From an uncultured Bdellovibrio sp. (GTDB lineage Bacteria; Bdellovibrionota; Bdellovibrionia; Bdellovibrionales; Bdellovibrionaceae): a DNA stretch of 64,000 nucleotides. Position numbers and translations under genes: made by a program. Position 1 is the first letter of the stretch. Each line of letters begins with the position of its first letter. Positions 47,617 to 57,613 of the stretch are shown piece by piece. The stretch is from the NCBI GenBank assembly GCA_963932905.1, contig CAWVRN010000018.1, positions 1 to 64,000 on the forward strand, given 5' to 3'. The notes under the pieces were generated by a model. The model did no database searches, had not been told where the DNA came from, and worked only from the letters and a program-made list of their open reading frames with translations.

Positions 47617-50600
47617 AAAAATCTTCAATTTTTGCGATCCCCGCATTGAATTCACCTGGGTATTGTACGCGGTACATGATACCAACTTGAGTTCCGTTGT
47701 CCATCCACCCACGCGAGAAATCAAAGAACCAACGTGTTTGGTGATTTAAAATCTCTCTTGTTTTTGTCGACGTCATCAGCGGTAAATTATAAGGGGATCC
47801 GCGATACACTTGGTCTTCCTGAATCGTTTCAAAACCCGCCGGTACGTCATTTGTGACTACATAGTAACGTGACTGCCAGAAATTTCTATCAGTCATGCGG
47901 TTGAATTTGATTTCACAGTACACAAGGTCGCCAACTTGCAATTTTTCGCTGGATTGGATTTCTTTCTTCTCGCCTTTTTCGTTTACTTTATAGTATTTGC
48001 GATCGATGTTCCATCCAGCTGCTTTTGATTTCAGACTACCATTTGGGGACAATTTAGAAACTTTCGCACGCAAAATCTGATTTTCCATCACAGAATTAAC
48101 AGAAATCTTGGCTTGATCGGCTAATAATTTGTTATTTTTAAATACAACGTTGTAGCCGGTTAGATGATTGCTAACCGTCACTTCTGTGTTAGGCACCAAT
48201 TTGTCATTTATAGTGACTTCTAACGTTTTAAGAATTTCTTTCTTAGAAGCTGTCGATTCCATATCTTTATTAATAATATCTACTAATGATGTCAGAGTTA
48301 CACCGTTGTCGAATGTAGATCCAAAATAAAATCCGTTGTAGTTCGCCAAGATATTTTTCTTAATCAACTTATTGATAGAATCTGTTACGTAAGTCACTTT
48401 TACAGCCGAACTGTTTTTTGATTTCGCACGAGCCACTTCGTTAGTAAAATCAGCCGCCAGAACAAGAGAGCGGTATCCTAATGCCATAGAGGACACTGCT
48501 TTACCTGGATAGGCCGCCCAACCGTTCTGAGCCTGCGGAGCAAAGTTACCATATTGAATTGGACTGGTTGTGTCTTTCATTTGCTCAAGTGATTTTTTAA
48601 CGAGCTCAACATTCGCATTCACTTCATTCGTGAATTCCGTTTTTGCAAATGAATGATTAGCTAGTGTCATCAAAAACAGCGCTCGCTCAAACAGAGTCCC
48701 ATTTTTAGCAACGTAATCATTTTGAGTTCTTAGCACGGCTTTAAGATCATTCGGTTTTCTTTCTATAATGTATTTTCTAACTAAAACAGACTCGATATAA
48801 GAAAGAACGATACCTTGCGGACTACCTGGCAAGATATTTTTCGTCGTCAGCCAATCATAAGTGACTCGGAAGTCATACAAGCTGACGTAGGTTACTCGTT
48901 CAGATAGAGCCAAATTCAACATCACAAGTAACGTCATATTTAAATCAGGCTCGCCAGAATCAGCAAACCATCCGAAACCACCCGTCTTAGACTGGAATTG
49001 TGACAATCGCCTGAATCCAATTCCCGCATTATCTGTAGCTGCGCGAAGAATTTTACCTTGTGCTTCAGTAAGCTTGGCCCCTTTGCTTTTGTAAGACTGA
49101 AGGACATCGCTAATTACTTTATTTGACAACGTCGTGTTTAGAGTCTGTTCTACGCAGCCATATGGATAGTGAACCATCCATTCCATGTTGCTAAATAGAA
49201 TGCTCGTGAAATCGTTATATACACTAAGCTCCAATCCTTGCGCTTTTTCATCTTTTTCTAAAGCTAACTTGAAAGAACTTGTTTCTGGGAAATAGTAATC
49301 GTTAACCAAAGTCGCCTTTGGTAAAATTCGAATTGAATCTTTAAATTCTAATTTGGCCTTATTGAATTCAAGTGTGCCGTTAAACGAAGTTACCGCTCCT
49401 CGGCCAACATCAGCCACTGAGAAATTCAGATTTTCTGAAACCTGCTGTTTAGGTTTTAAAGAAACATTTAAGTCTGTTTTTCCTGTAAAGCTGATAATTT
49501 CGTTGTTTTCAGGTTGAGCCGAATACTTGACCGCAGTTTCTTGGGTAATCTCGTTTCCAGTTATGTTAACGCGTATTCTAGATTTATCGGTGCTTCTTAA
49601 GAACGGTGGATAGCCAACTAACAGAGTCACTGGCAGTTGCGATTTAAATTGCGTGGTCGATTCACCGAATCGACCTTCTTTATCCACAACAACTGCGGTG
49701 ACACGCCAAATTGTTTGATTTCCTGGCATATTGAATTTAACTTCGACTTCGCCCGCTTCGTTAGTCACTAAGTTTGCTTTCCAATAAGCAGTGTCTTTAA
49801 TATCCATCGGTTTGGATTGGTTTTTGTTAGCGGCTAATACGTGATTAGGTTTAAACAATTTTGCGATTTGTTCCCCATATCCGTAACCTTGAAAATGCGA
49901 AGAATAGAACGACATTAAATTTAAACGCGTCATCGGATAAAAGAAATCACCTAACTTCGGTCTGAATTCGGGCTGCAAATCTAACACAGCCTGATCAACA
50001 ACCGCTAAAGCCACTTCGGCTTTTACCGGTTTTCCAGCGGAATTTGAAATTTTAAATTTGATCTTTTGTTCTGAACCTGGAATCACGTTATCTATTTTAC
50101 TAACCCACTGAACTTTAAGTTTCTTATCTGGGTCCATAATTTTAAATGGAGCGCGCTTTTCAATCCATCCACGCTCGGGATGAGCATAACTGACAACAAA
50201 ATAGATTTGGTTCCCGTATTCGCTTAAAACTTTCTCGTTAATCCAGAATGATCTGCCATTCACAGGAATCACTTGAGTTTTAAATATTTTATTTCCCGCT
50301 AGCGTTAAAAATACTTGGCCATTGTTAGAACCCGCGGCACCCCATTTGTCTGGCATCGCTACGAAAATCTTAATTGTTTCATTTTGTCCTACTTCTGATT
50401 GATTGGTTAGTAGTCGGATCTCATCATTGTTAACCGCACTCACTCCCGGAGTTTTTCCCACTAACACGATATCGGCCGAGGTTTTGTCAGGATTTCTCTT
50501 CTTATCCCACAAAGTAACTTCTGCGCGCATTTCACCGACTAAATTCGGATCATCTGGCAAGTCGACCTTAGCGATTCCTTTCGCGTTCGTTTTTATTTTT

Positions 50601-52396
50601 TTAGATTGGATTGTTTTATCGCCAAGGATGTATTTCACTTCCCCATCGATATCCGGCATCGTTTTACCACTGACTGTCTTGGACATGACCGTCAACACGG
50701 CTTCTTTACCCGATTCAACGACAATTTTATTAAAACGGGCCAGTGTAGATACTTCGCTGGCTAAGTCAAAAAATGATTTGCTACCATAGATGACGTTGTC
50801 ATCCGCATCTTGTGAATAAACCTCAACTTTGTAGGAATAATTTAGATTTTTAGGGCCCGGCAAATTATCAGGAATTTTAACTTCGAAATCTGCGAATCCC
50901 TTTTCATCGAACTTGATCTCTTGATTCGCGACGATTGTTTCTGGCGCCATACTGCGGGCGCCTTTGTTGCCATCATCTCCGTATGTGACCGTCGATCCTG
51001 TTTCACCCATACCTGCATCTTCCACCCATTGTGATGATTCGACACGATTGCGATATACATTCACATACGACATGATAATTTTCGGTGCTCCGCCTGCATA
51101 ACGTTCCGCTTGCACACGAAATTTCAATTTATCGCCTTGTTTCGCCGTTTCTTGATCATTCATTAATTTCAAGAAATAGATCGGTTTGACGTATTCTTTT
51201 ACACGAATCTCGCTGGCATGTTCAATTTTGCTGAGTTTAGCTACGACTCGGTATACTCCTGGCGCATCCGGGCTGTTAATTTTCAAACTGCCATCGAACG
51301 TCCCAAAATCAGTGAACTTAACTGTCGTTGATGCCGACACTTTACTATCAGCGGTATTGTAAATTTCAACTTTGACGGCAGATTTGTCGGGACTCAAATT
51401 ACTTCGGCCATTAGCTAAATTTCTTAAGATACCTTTAAAAGAAACTGTATCGCCGTCGCGATATAGCGGGCGATCTGTAAAAAGAAATACATCAGGGAAT
51501 GAAACTTGAGTTGAAAAATACTCGGAATCAATGATCGCCGTGCCTTGAGGCGAGTTAATCACGGTTAATAAATCGTTTTCTTTTACATTATCAATACGAA
51601 CTTCGCCATTCGCATCCGTTTTAACTTCGTTCACCCAGCTACCTGCTAAATTGCGAACGGAAACTTGTGCATCAGCAATTGGTTTAGCCTGGCGATTAAA
51701 CACGCGATAAATCAACGTATTTGCCGACCGTTGCATATAACCAATAACATCGTTAACCGCCAAAACCACCTGACCTTCGTTATTTCCCTGAATAACTTGA
51801 ATCAAGTAGAAACCTGATGGCAACTTTGGCAAATCTACGACCTTAGTATTTAATCGCGACGAATCCATGTAACTGCCCCATTCTTCAAATCCCGGGACAT
51901 CGAAATCTTTTTTTGCATCTTGTTTTTCAGGATTTAAAACTACTTCCGTACGCAGTTTAAATCCTTTAGGAATTTGAATTAACTTTTCTGGTCCCGCTTT
52001 GCTGGGCGAAAGATAGGGAGAATCGTTAGCACCGCCTAGTTTTTCAACTAAGTCTTTTTTCACTCCGTAATTTAAATTAGTACGAATCCAATCAAAATTG
52101 CTACGGTCTTCGTTAAACCCCAATGTCATAAAATGCGCGGGATTATATTCATAGCCCGGCTTTTTCCAAGCTCTACGCAAATCAATTTGAGTCGCGATAA
52201 ACTGTTTCTTATCTTCCGGCTCTAATATTTTGATATAGATTGGAGCTTCAGAAGAATAGTTCACTTCCAGTTTTGGATTTTCACTTGGCGAAAAATCGCG
52301 GCGTATGGTTAAATAAAACGGCTTTGCAACAAGCACGTCCGCGAACGAAACAAGCATCAACAGCATCAATAGAAATTTATTCATATGAACCTTCAT
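47555..52396 (-). CDS. Bacterial alpha-2-macroglobulin (YfaS/MagD-like)
   Basis: FTDRPLYRDGD, EYVKP, ALAVVD, DTAYW, YPYGCVEQT thioester motif, GGFGWF, PAGFE. Confidence 0.93.
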   Translation of the reverse strand: MKVHMNKFLLMLLMLVSFADVLVAKPFYLTIRRDFSPSENPKLEVNYSSEAPIYIKILEPEDKKQFIATQIDLRRAWKKPGYEYNPAHFMTLGFNEDRSNFDWIRTNLNYGVKKDLVEKLGGANDSPYLSPSKAGPEKLIQIPKGFKLRTEVVLNPEKQDAKKDFDVPGFEEWGSYMDSSRLNTKVVDLPKLPSGFYLIQVIQGNNEGQVVLAVNDVIGYMQRSANTLIYRVFNRQAKPIADAQVSVRNLAGSWVNEVKTDANGEVRIDNVKENDLLTVINSPQGTAIIDSEYFSTQVSFPDVFLFTDRPLYRDGDTVSFKGILRNLANGRSNLSPDKSAVKVEIYNTADSKVSASTTVKFTDFGTFDGSLKINSPDAPGVYRVVAKLSKIEHASEIRVKEYVKPIYFLKLMNDQETAKQGDKLKFRVQAERYAGGAPKIIMSYVNVYRNRVESSQWVEDAGMGETGSTVTYGDDGNKGARSMAPETIVANQEIKFDEKGFADFEVKIPDNLPGPKNLNYSYKVEVYSQDADDNVIYGSKSFFDLASEVSTLARFNKIVVESGKEAVLTVMSKTVSGKTMPDIDGEVKYILGDKTIQSKKIKTNAKGIAKVDLPDDPNLVGEMRAEVTLWDKKRNPDKTSADIVLVGKTPGVSAVNNDEIRLLTNQSEVGQNETIKIFVAMPDKWGAAGSNNGQVFLTLAGNKIFKTQVIPVNGRSFWINEKVLSEYGNQIYFVVSYAHPERGWIEKRAPFKIMDPDKKLKVQWVSKIDNVIPGSEQKIKFKISNSAGKPVKAEVALAVVDQAVLDLQPEFRPKLGDFFYPMTRLNLMSFYSSHFQGYGYGEQIAKLFKPNHVLAANKNQSKPMDIKDTAYWKANLVTNEAGEVEVKFNMPGNQTIWRVTAVVVDKEGRFGESTTQFKSQLPVTLLVGYPPFLRSTDKSRIRVNITGNEITQETAVKYSAQPENNEIISFTGKTDLNVSLKPKQQVSENLNFSVADVGRGAVTSFNGTLEFNKAKLEFKDSIRILPKATLVNDYYFPETSSFKLALEKDEKAQGLELSVYNDFTSILFSNMEWMVHYPYGCVEQTLNTTLSNKVISDVLQSYKSKGAKLTEAQGKILRAATDNAGIGFRRLSQFQSKTGGFGWFADSGEPDLNMTLLVMLNLALSERVTYVSLYDFRVTYDWLTTKNILPGSPQGIVLSYIESVLVRKYIIERKPNDLKAVLRTQNDYVAKNGTLFERALFLMTLANHSFAKTEFTNEVNANVELVKKSLEQMKDTTSPIQYGNFAPQAQNGWAAYPGKAVSSMALGYRSLVLAADFTNEVARAKSKNSSAVKVTYVTDSINKLIKKNILANYNGFYFGSTFDNGVTLTSLVDIINKDMESTASKKEILKTLEVTINDKLVPNTEVTVSNHLTGYNVVFKNNKLLADQAKISVNSVMENQILRAKVSKLSPNGSLKSKAAGWNIDRKYYKVNEKGEKKEIQSSEKLQVGDLVYCEIKFNRMTDRNFWQSRYYVVTNDVPAGFETIQEDQVYRGSPYNLPLMTSTKTREILNHQTRWFFDFSRGWMDNGTQVGIMYRVQYPGEFNAGIAKIEDFYDETKASYTRSNMFTVESKQ

Positions 52397-53842
52397 CTAC
52401 TTTAAAATTAAATTTTGATCTTTAGCTGAACCTTTAACTAAGTACTTTGGCAGCTGGTCTAATAATTTCTGACTCTTCGTTAACTCTTCTGGCATCGTGG
52501 GAGGCAGCTTCGCTTGTTTAGCCTTCGACAAATAGCCTTGTTCGATTTTCGATGACATCCATTTCCCAACGTCGGCAAAGAAGCTCATCGAGTTTTCTTG
52601 TAACGCTAATTCAGACGCCTTTAGTTCACTTCGATCTAAGATCGAAGGCAATTTGCGATCACACACATTTTGGATCTTTTGCAGAACGTCTTTAGATCGA
52701 CTGACAACAAGGGACTTGCCGCAAACTGGACGAGTAAAGACTTCTCCAAATTTTGTTTCAAAAACCTTTCCAATACCATCTAACTGAGCTTGGTTAATCG
52801 CGCCCGTTTCAATGATTAACGCGTTCTCGGCCTCTAATTTGTCGCCCACTTTAACCGGGATTTGCAGCAACACTGCGGCCGCTTGCTTCTGGAAATCCTT
52901 TGCACGCTTGGTGGACGTTAAAAAGTTCTTAACGCTATTGACCGTCATGGCACCATTCCAAATTTTAATATTTCCAATCACAAAGAAATGACTATCTGAA
53001 GGTAGAATTTTTAATAACTCGTTCGCCACTTTTTTATTCACAAAAATATTATCTTTATTTAAGCCCATCGCGATAGGTGCCAGGTCAAAACGGTTTTCGC
53101 CATTATTCCATTGGAAAGGAACTTTCATCGATTCACTCAAGCCAATTACTTTTTCTCTAACCATCATCAGGCCAGGAAATACCATCGACAAATTGACGTC
53201 GACTTCTAAATCAGAATTTATTTTAACTGGCTTACAATCGCGTGACATTGCGAATACTACTTTTGGGTCTTTACCAATTGAAAAACACGAACCGTCTTTC
53301 TTAACGGCCCACTTCTGAGCTTTGATTTCAATAAGGCTGATTTTACCAGTCGTACCATCAGACAAATTAATATCTTTGTCGTCACCCATTTTAAATAACT
53401 TTATTAGCTGATCGATCGCCTTAGATTCCGGACCACTTAAACCACTGACCGAAATGCCCCACGGACTTGATAGTCTAGGTTGTTGATAATAGAAAACCTG
53501 AACCGGACGATTCTTTAAAGCCGATTCATATACGTAATCAATCAAACGCCCTGACCAAGTGGAATCTTTGCTAGCAGAAAATTCGTCTGGTAGCGAAAAC
53601 AGAGTTGGGTACAAGTCATATAACAATCCATAGTATAATGGCGATTGTCTAAAATCCAAAAACCATTTGTTTTTGGATATAACATTGTATACGTGCTGCG
53701 AGTTTTTTACGGAGGCTACTAGCGAGGGTTTAAATGGCCGCTCCTTTGGCGCCGCGGTTTCTTCAGCCGCGAAACCAATGGCACCTGTTAAAAATGCGAT
53801 AGTCAGTGATGCTATTAATGCTATTTTACCCATGCGTTCCAC
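52397..53842 (-). CDS. Exported protein of the A2M operon (positional YfaA/MagB equivalent)
   Basis: Signal peptide; lies between the DUF1175-like and A2M genes; sequence similarity not verified. Confidence 0.6.
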   Translation of the reverse strand: MERMGKIALIASLTIAFLTGAIGFAAEETAAPKERPFKPSLVASVKNSQHVYNVISKNKWFLDFRQSPLYYGLLYDLYPTLFSLPDEFSASKDSTWSGRLIDYVYESALKNRPVQVFYYQQPRLSSPWGISVSGLSGPESKAIDQLIKLFKMGDDKDINLSDGTTGKISLIEIKAQKWAVKKDGSCFSIGKDPKVVFAMSRDCKPVKINSDLEVDVNLSMVFPGLMMVREKVIGLSESMKVPFQWNNGENRFDLAPIAMGLNKDNIFVNKKVANELLKILPSDSHFFVIGNIKIWNGAMTVNSVKNFLTSTKRAKDFQKQAAAVLLQIPVKVGDKLEAENALIIETGAINQAQLDGIGKVFETKFGEVFTRPVCGKSLVVSRSKDVLQKIQNVCDRKLPSILDRSELKASELALQENSMSFFADVGKWMSSKIEQGYLSKAKQAKLPPTMPEELTKSQKLLDQLPKYLVKGSAKDQNLILK

Positions 53843-54411
53843 CTATATACCCCTACGAAATTTTTATTATCTTGAGTTGGTTTCCAATCTGATTGTTCGG
53901 TACTCATTAAATCGCTCATCCACAGTTTTTTAACGCCACCAGTTTCATCGCGAGCCCCGTTGTGGTATGTGACTAACCACTTGCTTTGCTCCCAAGGTGA
54001 TTCCATCACCATCATTAAATGCCATTGGTCTTCTTTCTTTTGGCCGTCCCGACGAAAAACTAGAATATCTCCGGTCTTCATCGAATCTCCGGGGACGGTT
54101 GAAATTTTCGAAAAATTCTTAGCAACTAAAAGTTCGGCATTGGCATATGGAATTCTCTCACCGTCATTCCAAGAATTCCAAAGAGGACCTTTGGGCTTGA
54201 TAGCACTCTTATATACAAATCGCACAAACCCTGCGCAATCACGTTGCTGTGGTTCCCAACTAGCCGACGGCTTCTCTGACTGTTCCAGAGCCACTCGAAT
54301 AAGATTCATTTTATAATAAGATTGATCTTCGACTTTTTCCGCGACAATAGATTTGGTTTGGCAACCCATTACGCCGAAGAAAAGAAAACCCATTAACAGT
54401 TGTTTCGGCAT
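53821..54411 (-). CDS. YfaT/DUF1175-like lipoprotein (NlpC/P60-like Cys-His)
   Basis: Lipobox VMGC; QRDCAGFVRF, GDILVF, HLM, YHNG, NFVGVYR. Confidence 0.85.
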   Translation of the reverse strand: MPKQLLMGFLFFGVMGCQTKSIVAEKVEDQSYYKMNLIRVALEQSEKPSASWEPQQRDCAGFVRFVYKSAIKPKGPLWNSWNDGERIPYANAELLVAKNFSKISTVPGDSMKTGDILVFRRDGQKKEDQWHLMMVMESPWEQSKWLVTYHNGARDETGGVKKLWMSDLMSTEQSDWKPTQDNKNFVGVYRWNAWVK

Positions 54412-54415
54412 ACTG

Positions 54416-55297
54416 CTATTCAGTTCCTTTTCTAGTCAGTGGCGACTCTAGAACCCAGTCTGGCCAATCACCTTTCTTAGGTTTTATATCAACAGAGGGA
54501 ACATAGACACTGACCGTGTTGCCTTTTTGAATTTTTACGTAGGCTAACGTTACCGTTTCACCCGGAGTCACCAAAGGAACTTGGACACGTTTTTTAATTT
54601 CATTCGACGTCCCACCAAATAAAGTTAGATTGAGTGTGGACAACGTGTGAGCTTTATCACCGCTGGGCCAATAATTCGCATCGACACGATAGATTCCTAG
54701 CGGTGGTGATGAATGAGTATATAGATAGGGACCGTACCCCGGCTGATCGAAACTGCCACCTTGCTCATTCAGATAAAATTTTCCACCCGACTCTGAACTT
54801 GTATCGGCCCAGTAGATATGAACTGTTGGTTTCGCCAACGGATCAGCTTCGCCCATTTTTGGTTCATAAATATGTAAGTCTGTATAAACATTATCTGTGT
54901 CACTAGTAAGAATCGCCAAGAAAGGTAGATTGGGAATTTTTGCGTAAACTGATTTTTTTTCAGTAAATGTTCCGGCTTTATTTGTCGCTGATACCTCGAT
55001 GTAGTTCTTACCTTGAGTCACTGGAAACTTTCTTTTGAATTCCCCTTTTATTGTGCGAATTAAATACTTGTCGCCATTAATATTGATAGTGATCGGATCA
55101 ACTGTGTCGTCACTGACTTTTCCAGCAATCTCTAGCATACGGTCTACCGTCCAACCGGCCCTAGGTTTGTTTAACGTAATTGAAATTGGTTTCGTTGATT
55201 TTGAAATTTGCTTCCCAGACTGTCGCTCTTCAACAGCGGCCAGAGTACAAAGTTGAAACAAAAAAATCCCCATGAAAAATGCTGACTTAGAATTCAT
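54416..55297 (-). CDS. YfaP/DUF2135-like exported protein
   Basis: Ig-like N-terminal region, then LTSDTDNVYTDLHIYEP, GYGP, GIYRVDANYW. Confidence 0.8.
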   Translation of the reverse strand: MNSKSAFFMGIFLFQLCTLAAVEERQSGKQISKSTKPISITLNKPRAGWTVDRMLEIAGKVSDDTVDPITININGDKYLIRTIKGEFKRKFPVTQGKNYIEVSATNKAGTFTEKKSVYAKIPNLPFLAILTSDTDNVYTDLHIYEPKMGEADPLAKPTVHIYWADTSSESGGKFYLNEQGGSFDQPGYGPYLYTHSSPPLGIYRVDANYWPSGDKAHTLSTLNLTLFGGTSNEIKKRVQVPLVTPGETVTLAYVKIQKGNTVSVYVPSVDIKPKKGDWPDWVLESPLTRKGTE

Positions 55298-55774
55298 AAA
55301 CGTCCTATTCTTGAAACTCCCTACATTTCAGAAAAAATAGTATCGAAGTGCAACGACATAAATGGTAGTCAGCCTTTGGTCGGCACGACCTAGGACCGTC
55401 AGACCTAAGTCTAAAGAAAAACGTCGACATTTAATACAATCAGAATAATTTTAAATTTCTGCTTTTTTATCTACCTCTAACTTCTATATAATTTTGAATT
55501 CCTCAAAATCTGATCGATTTTTAATCGATAAATTATTGACTACATTTTAACAAAATTCTACGAGTCAGAATTTCGCCTGATTTCAACTGGATACCAAGTT
55601 CTTGTCTCAGAATCATCCAGGCTGGCCATTTGCTTAGGCATTACCTTGGATTTAAACGAATTAAATCTTTTGAGTTAAGGATAGCTCGGCAATCGCAAAC
55701 TGTGAACGTACCACCTCTTCCGTAGTTTGTCTGAATCCTTCCTACACTCTCACAACCAAATATTAGGAGATCAG

Positions 55775-56545
55775 ATGACAAAAATTTTATTTTTGTTAGC
55801 TACGGTTACGTTTCTTTCAGCGTGTGGTTCGAACTCAATCTTACAGTCTATTACAGTGTCGTCAGTAGTAGATACCGAACAGAATCAGTGGGTTCATATG
55901 GATTCAAAAATTAAAATGGGATCATTGCAGTTTCCTGCCTTGACCATTCCGATATTGAATCCAAAAGATGCAACGGAACTTTTGGGAAAAGTTTCTTTAG
56001 CTCCGGGCGCCGATGGCACCAATTTGCTTTCGGTTCAAGCGAACTTGAATCAGCTGCATAACAACGCTTTGGTTCAAGACAGATTGTTACCAAACGGCGA
56101 TCAAATTCCAATATCAGGAATGGATGGAGTCGTATCGGTGAAAATTTCCGATCGCTCGAAAGTTTACGTCGGTGCAAACTCAACTCAGTTCCTGGTTGGT
56201 CTTGCTCTTGTGATCCCAGCGTTTGATTCTATCGGCAAATATTTGCCAGGCGCGGCTCTGTTTCTACCGCTTCCACAAGGTTCCAAAGTGGATGGTGCGG
56301 CCGGTGTTTTCACAGGGGCTTCAGGTCAAAATGGTATCGGGATCTTTATCCTGACTCCTAACACGATCCAATTGAATAAAAGTAATAGCTTAGCCAAAAT
56401 GGCGTCAGCTAACACTAACCGCAGCGTCGCTGTCGAAACCAAGGCAACAGCCGTTATTTCCGATGAAAATTCATCGAAAAATAGCAATTTGAAACGCTCC
56501 CTGTATTTTATGAGCTTAAAATCGCAAGTTCTAAGTATTAAGTAA
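55775..56545 (+). CDS. Hypothetical lipoprotein
   Basis: RBS AGGAG, lipobox FLSAC; start moved to 55775. Confidence 0.78.
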   Translation: MTKILFLLATVTFLSACGSNSILQSITVSSVVDTEQNQWVHMDSKIKMGSLQFPALTIPILNPKDATELLGKVSLAPGADGTNLLSVQANLNQLHNNALVQDRLLPNGDQIPISGMDGVVSVKISDRSKVYVGANSTQFLVGLALVIPAFDSIGKYLPGAALFLPLPQGSKVDGAAGVFTGASGQNGIGIFILTPNTIQLNKSNSLAKMASANTNRSVAVETKATAVISDENSSKNSNLKRSLYFMSLKSQVLSIK

Positions 56546-56633
56546 TTTCTTAAGCTAAATTTTGAAAAAAAATTTCCAAGCTTAATCATGAGTCTTTACC
56601 CAATCACCCAATTGCGGTAAAGACTCTGTTCTA

Positions 56634-57548
56634 ATGGACGCAATTCTAAATCGACTGATGAAAAACTATGATCGCATTTTCCCGTGGGCTAAACGTAATC
56701 ACGTCGAAGCGTTTCGTATTTATGATCGCGATATCCCGGAATACCCTTTTATTTTAGACTTATACAAAGACATCGGCATCATCTACGACAAATCAAACCC
56801 GCTGATCGAACGCGACAAGGTCCACTTCGAGGATTTCCAAGAAGCCGTTACGAAACTATGGCCAGAATGGAAGCATTGCTTTATCAAGCAGCGCCGGCGC
56901 CAAGAAGGCCAAGATCAATATGAACGTATTGGTGATAAAGAATTTAAAATCACAGTCACTGAAGGAAAAGCTCAGTTTCACGTCAATTTATCCGATTATT
57001 TGGATACAGGGCTTTTCTTAGATCACCGTAATTTGCGTTACAAAGTATTTAAAACGTCTAAAAATAAAACGCTTTTGAATCTTTTCTGCTACACGGGCGC
57101 ATTTAGTGTTCAAGCCGCTTTGGGCGGAGCAAAAACGACCAGTATCGATATGTCAAAAACCTACATCGAATGGGCTCAAGAAAATTTCAAACTCAATAAA
57201 ATCCCTCTAGATCAGCATATTTTTCATGCGGCTAACGTAATGGACGTTTTACCGACTTTGAAAGAAAAATTCGACGTGATCGTTTTAGATCCTCCCACAT
57301 TTTCAAATTCAAAAAAGATGGCCGAATCGTTCGAGGTTGAACGTGACCAAGTGGGATTAGTTGATTCTTGTATGAAATTGCTAAAAGACGACGGCATTCT
57401 GTATTTCTCCTGCAATAAAAGAACGTTTAGAATCGATAAAGAACTCTTAGAGAAATATGAAGTAAAAAATATTACAAAAGATACGATTCCCATCGATTTT
57501 CACGATCAAAAAATACACCACTGTTTTGAAATTTCTCATCGAAAATAA
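56634..57548 (+). CDS. Stand-alone RlmK-like rRNA methyltransferase (C-terminal half of RlmKL)
   Basis: YDRDIPEY, NLSDYLDTGLFLDHR, LNLFCYTG, DPPTFSNSK. Confidence 0.85.
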   Translation: MDAILNRLMKNYDRIFPWAKRNHVEAFRIYDRDIPEYPFILDLYKDIGIIYDKSNPLIERDKVHFEDFQEAVTKLWPEWKHCFIKQRRRQEGQDQYERIGDKEFKITVTEGKAQFHVNLSDYLDTGLFLDHRNLRYKVFKTSKNKTLLNLFCYTGAFSVQAALGGAKTTSIDMSKTYIEWAQENFKLNKIPLDQHIFHAANVMDVLPTLKEKFDVIVLDPPTFSNSKKMAESFEVERDQVGLVDSCMKLLKDDGILYFSCNKRTFRIDKELLEKYEVKNITKDTIPIDFHDQKIHHCFEISHRK

Positions 57549-57613
57549 GTCAGCGGTTAAAAAGTCTTAATTTCTTATTTACTTAGTCTCCAAAAGGCTT
57601 TACAAGGTCCCCT

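Noticed and set aside
47617..47724. ORF-track start giving a 170-bp overlap between yfaQ-like and A2M
   Set aside because: The signal peptide begins at MMKQRLL (47616/47613), so the real overlap is about 60 bp
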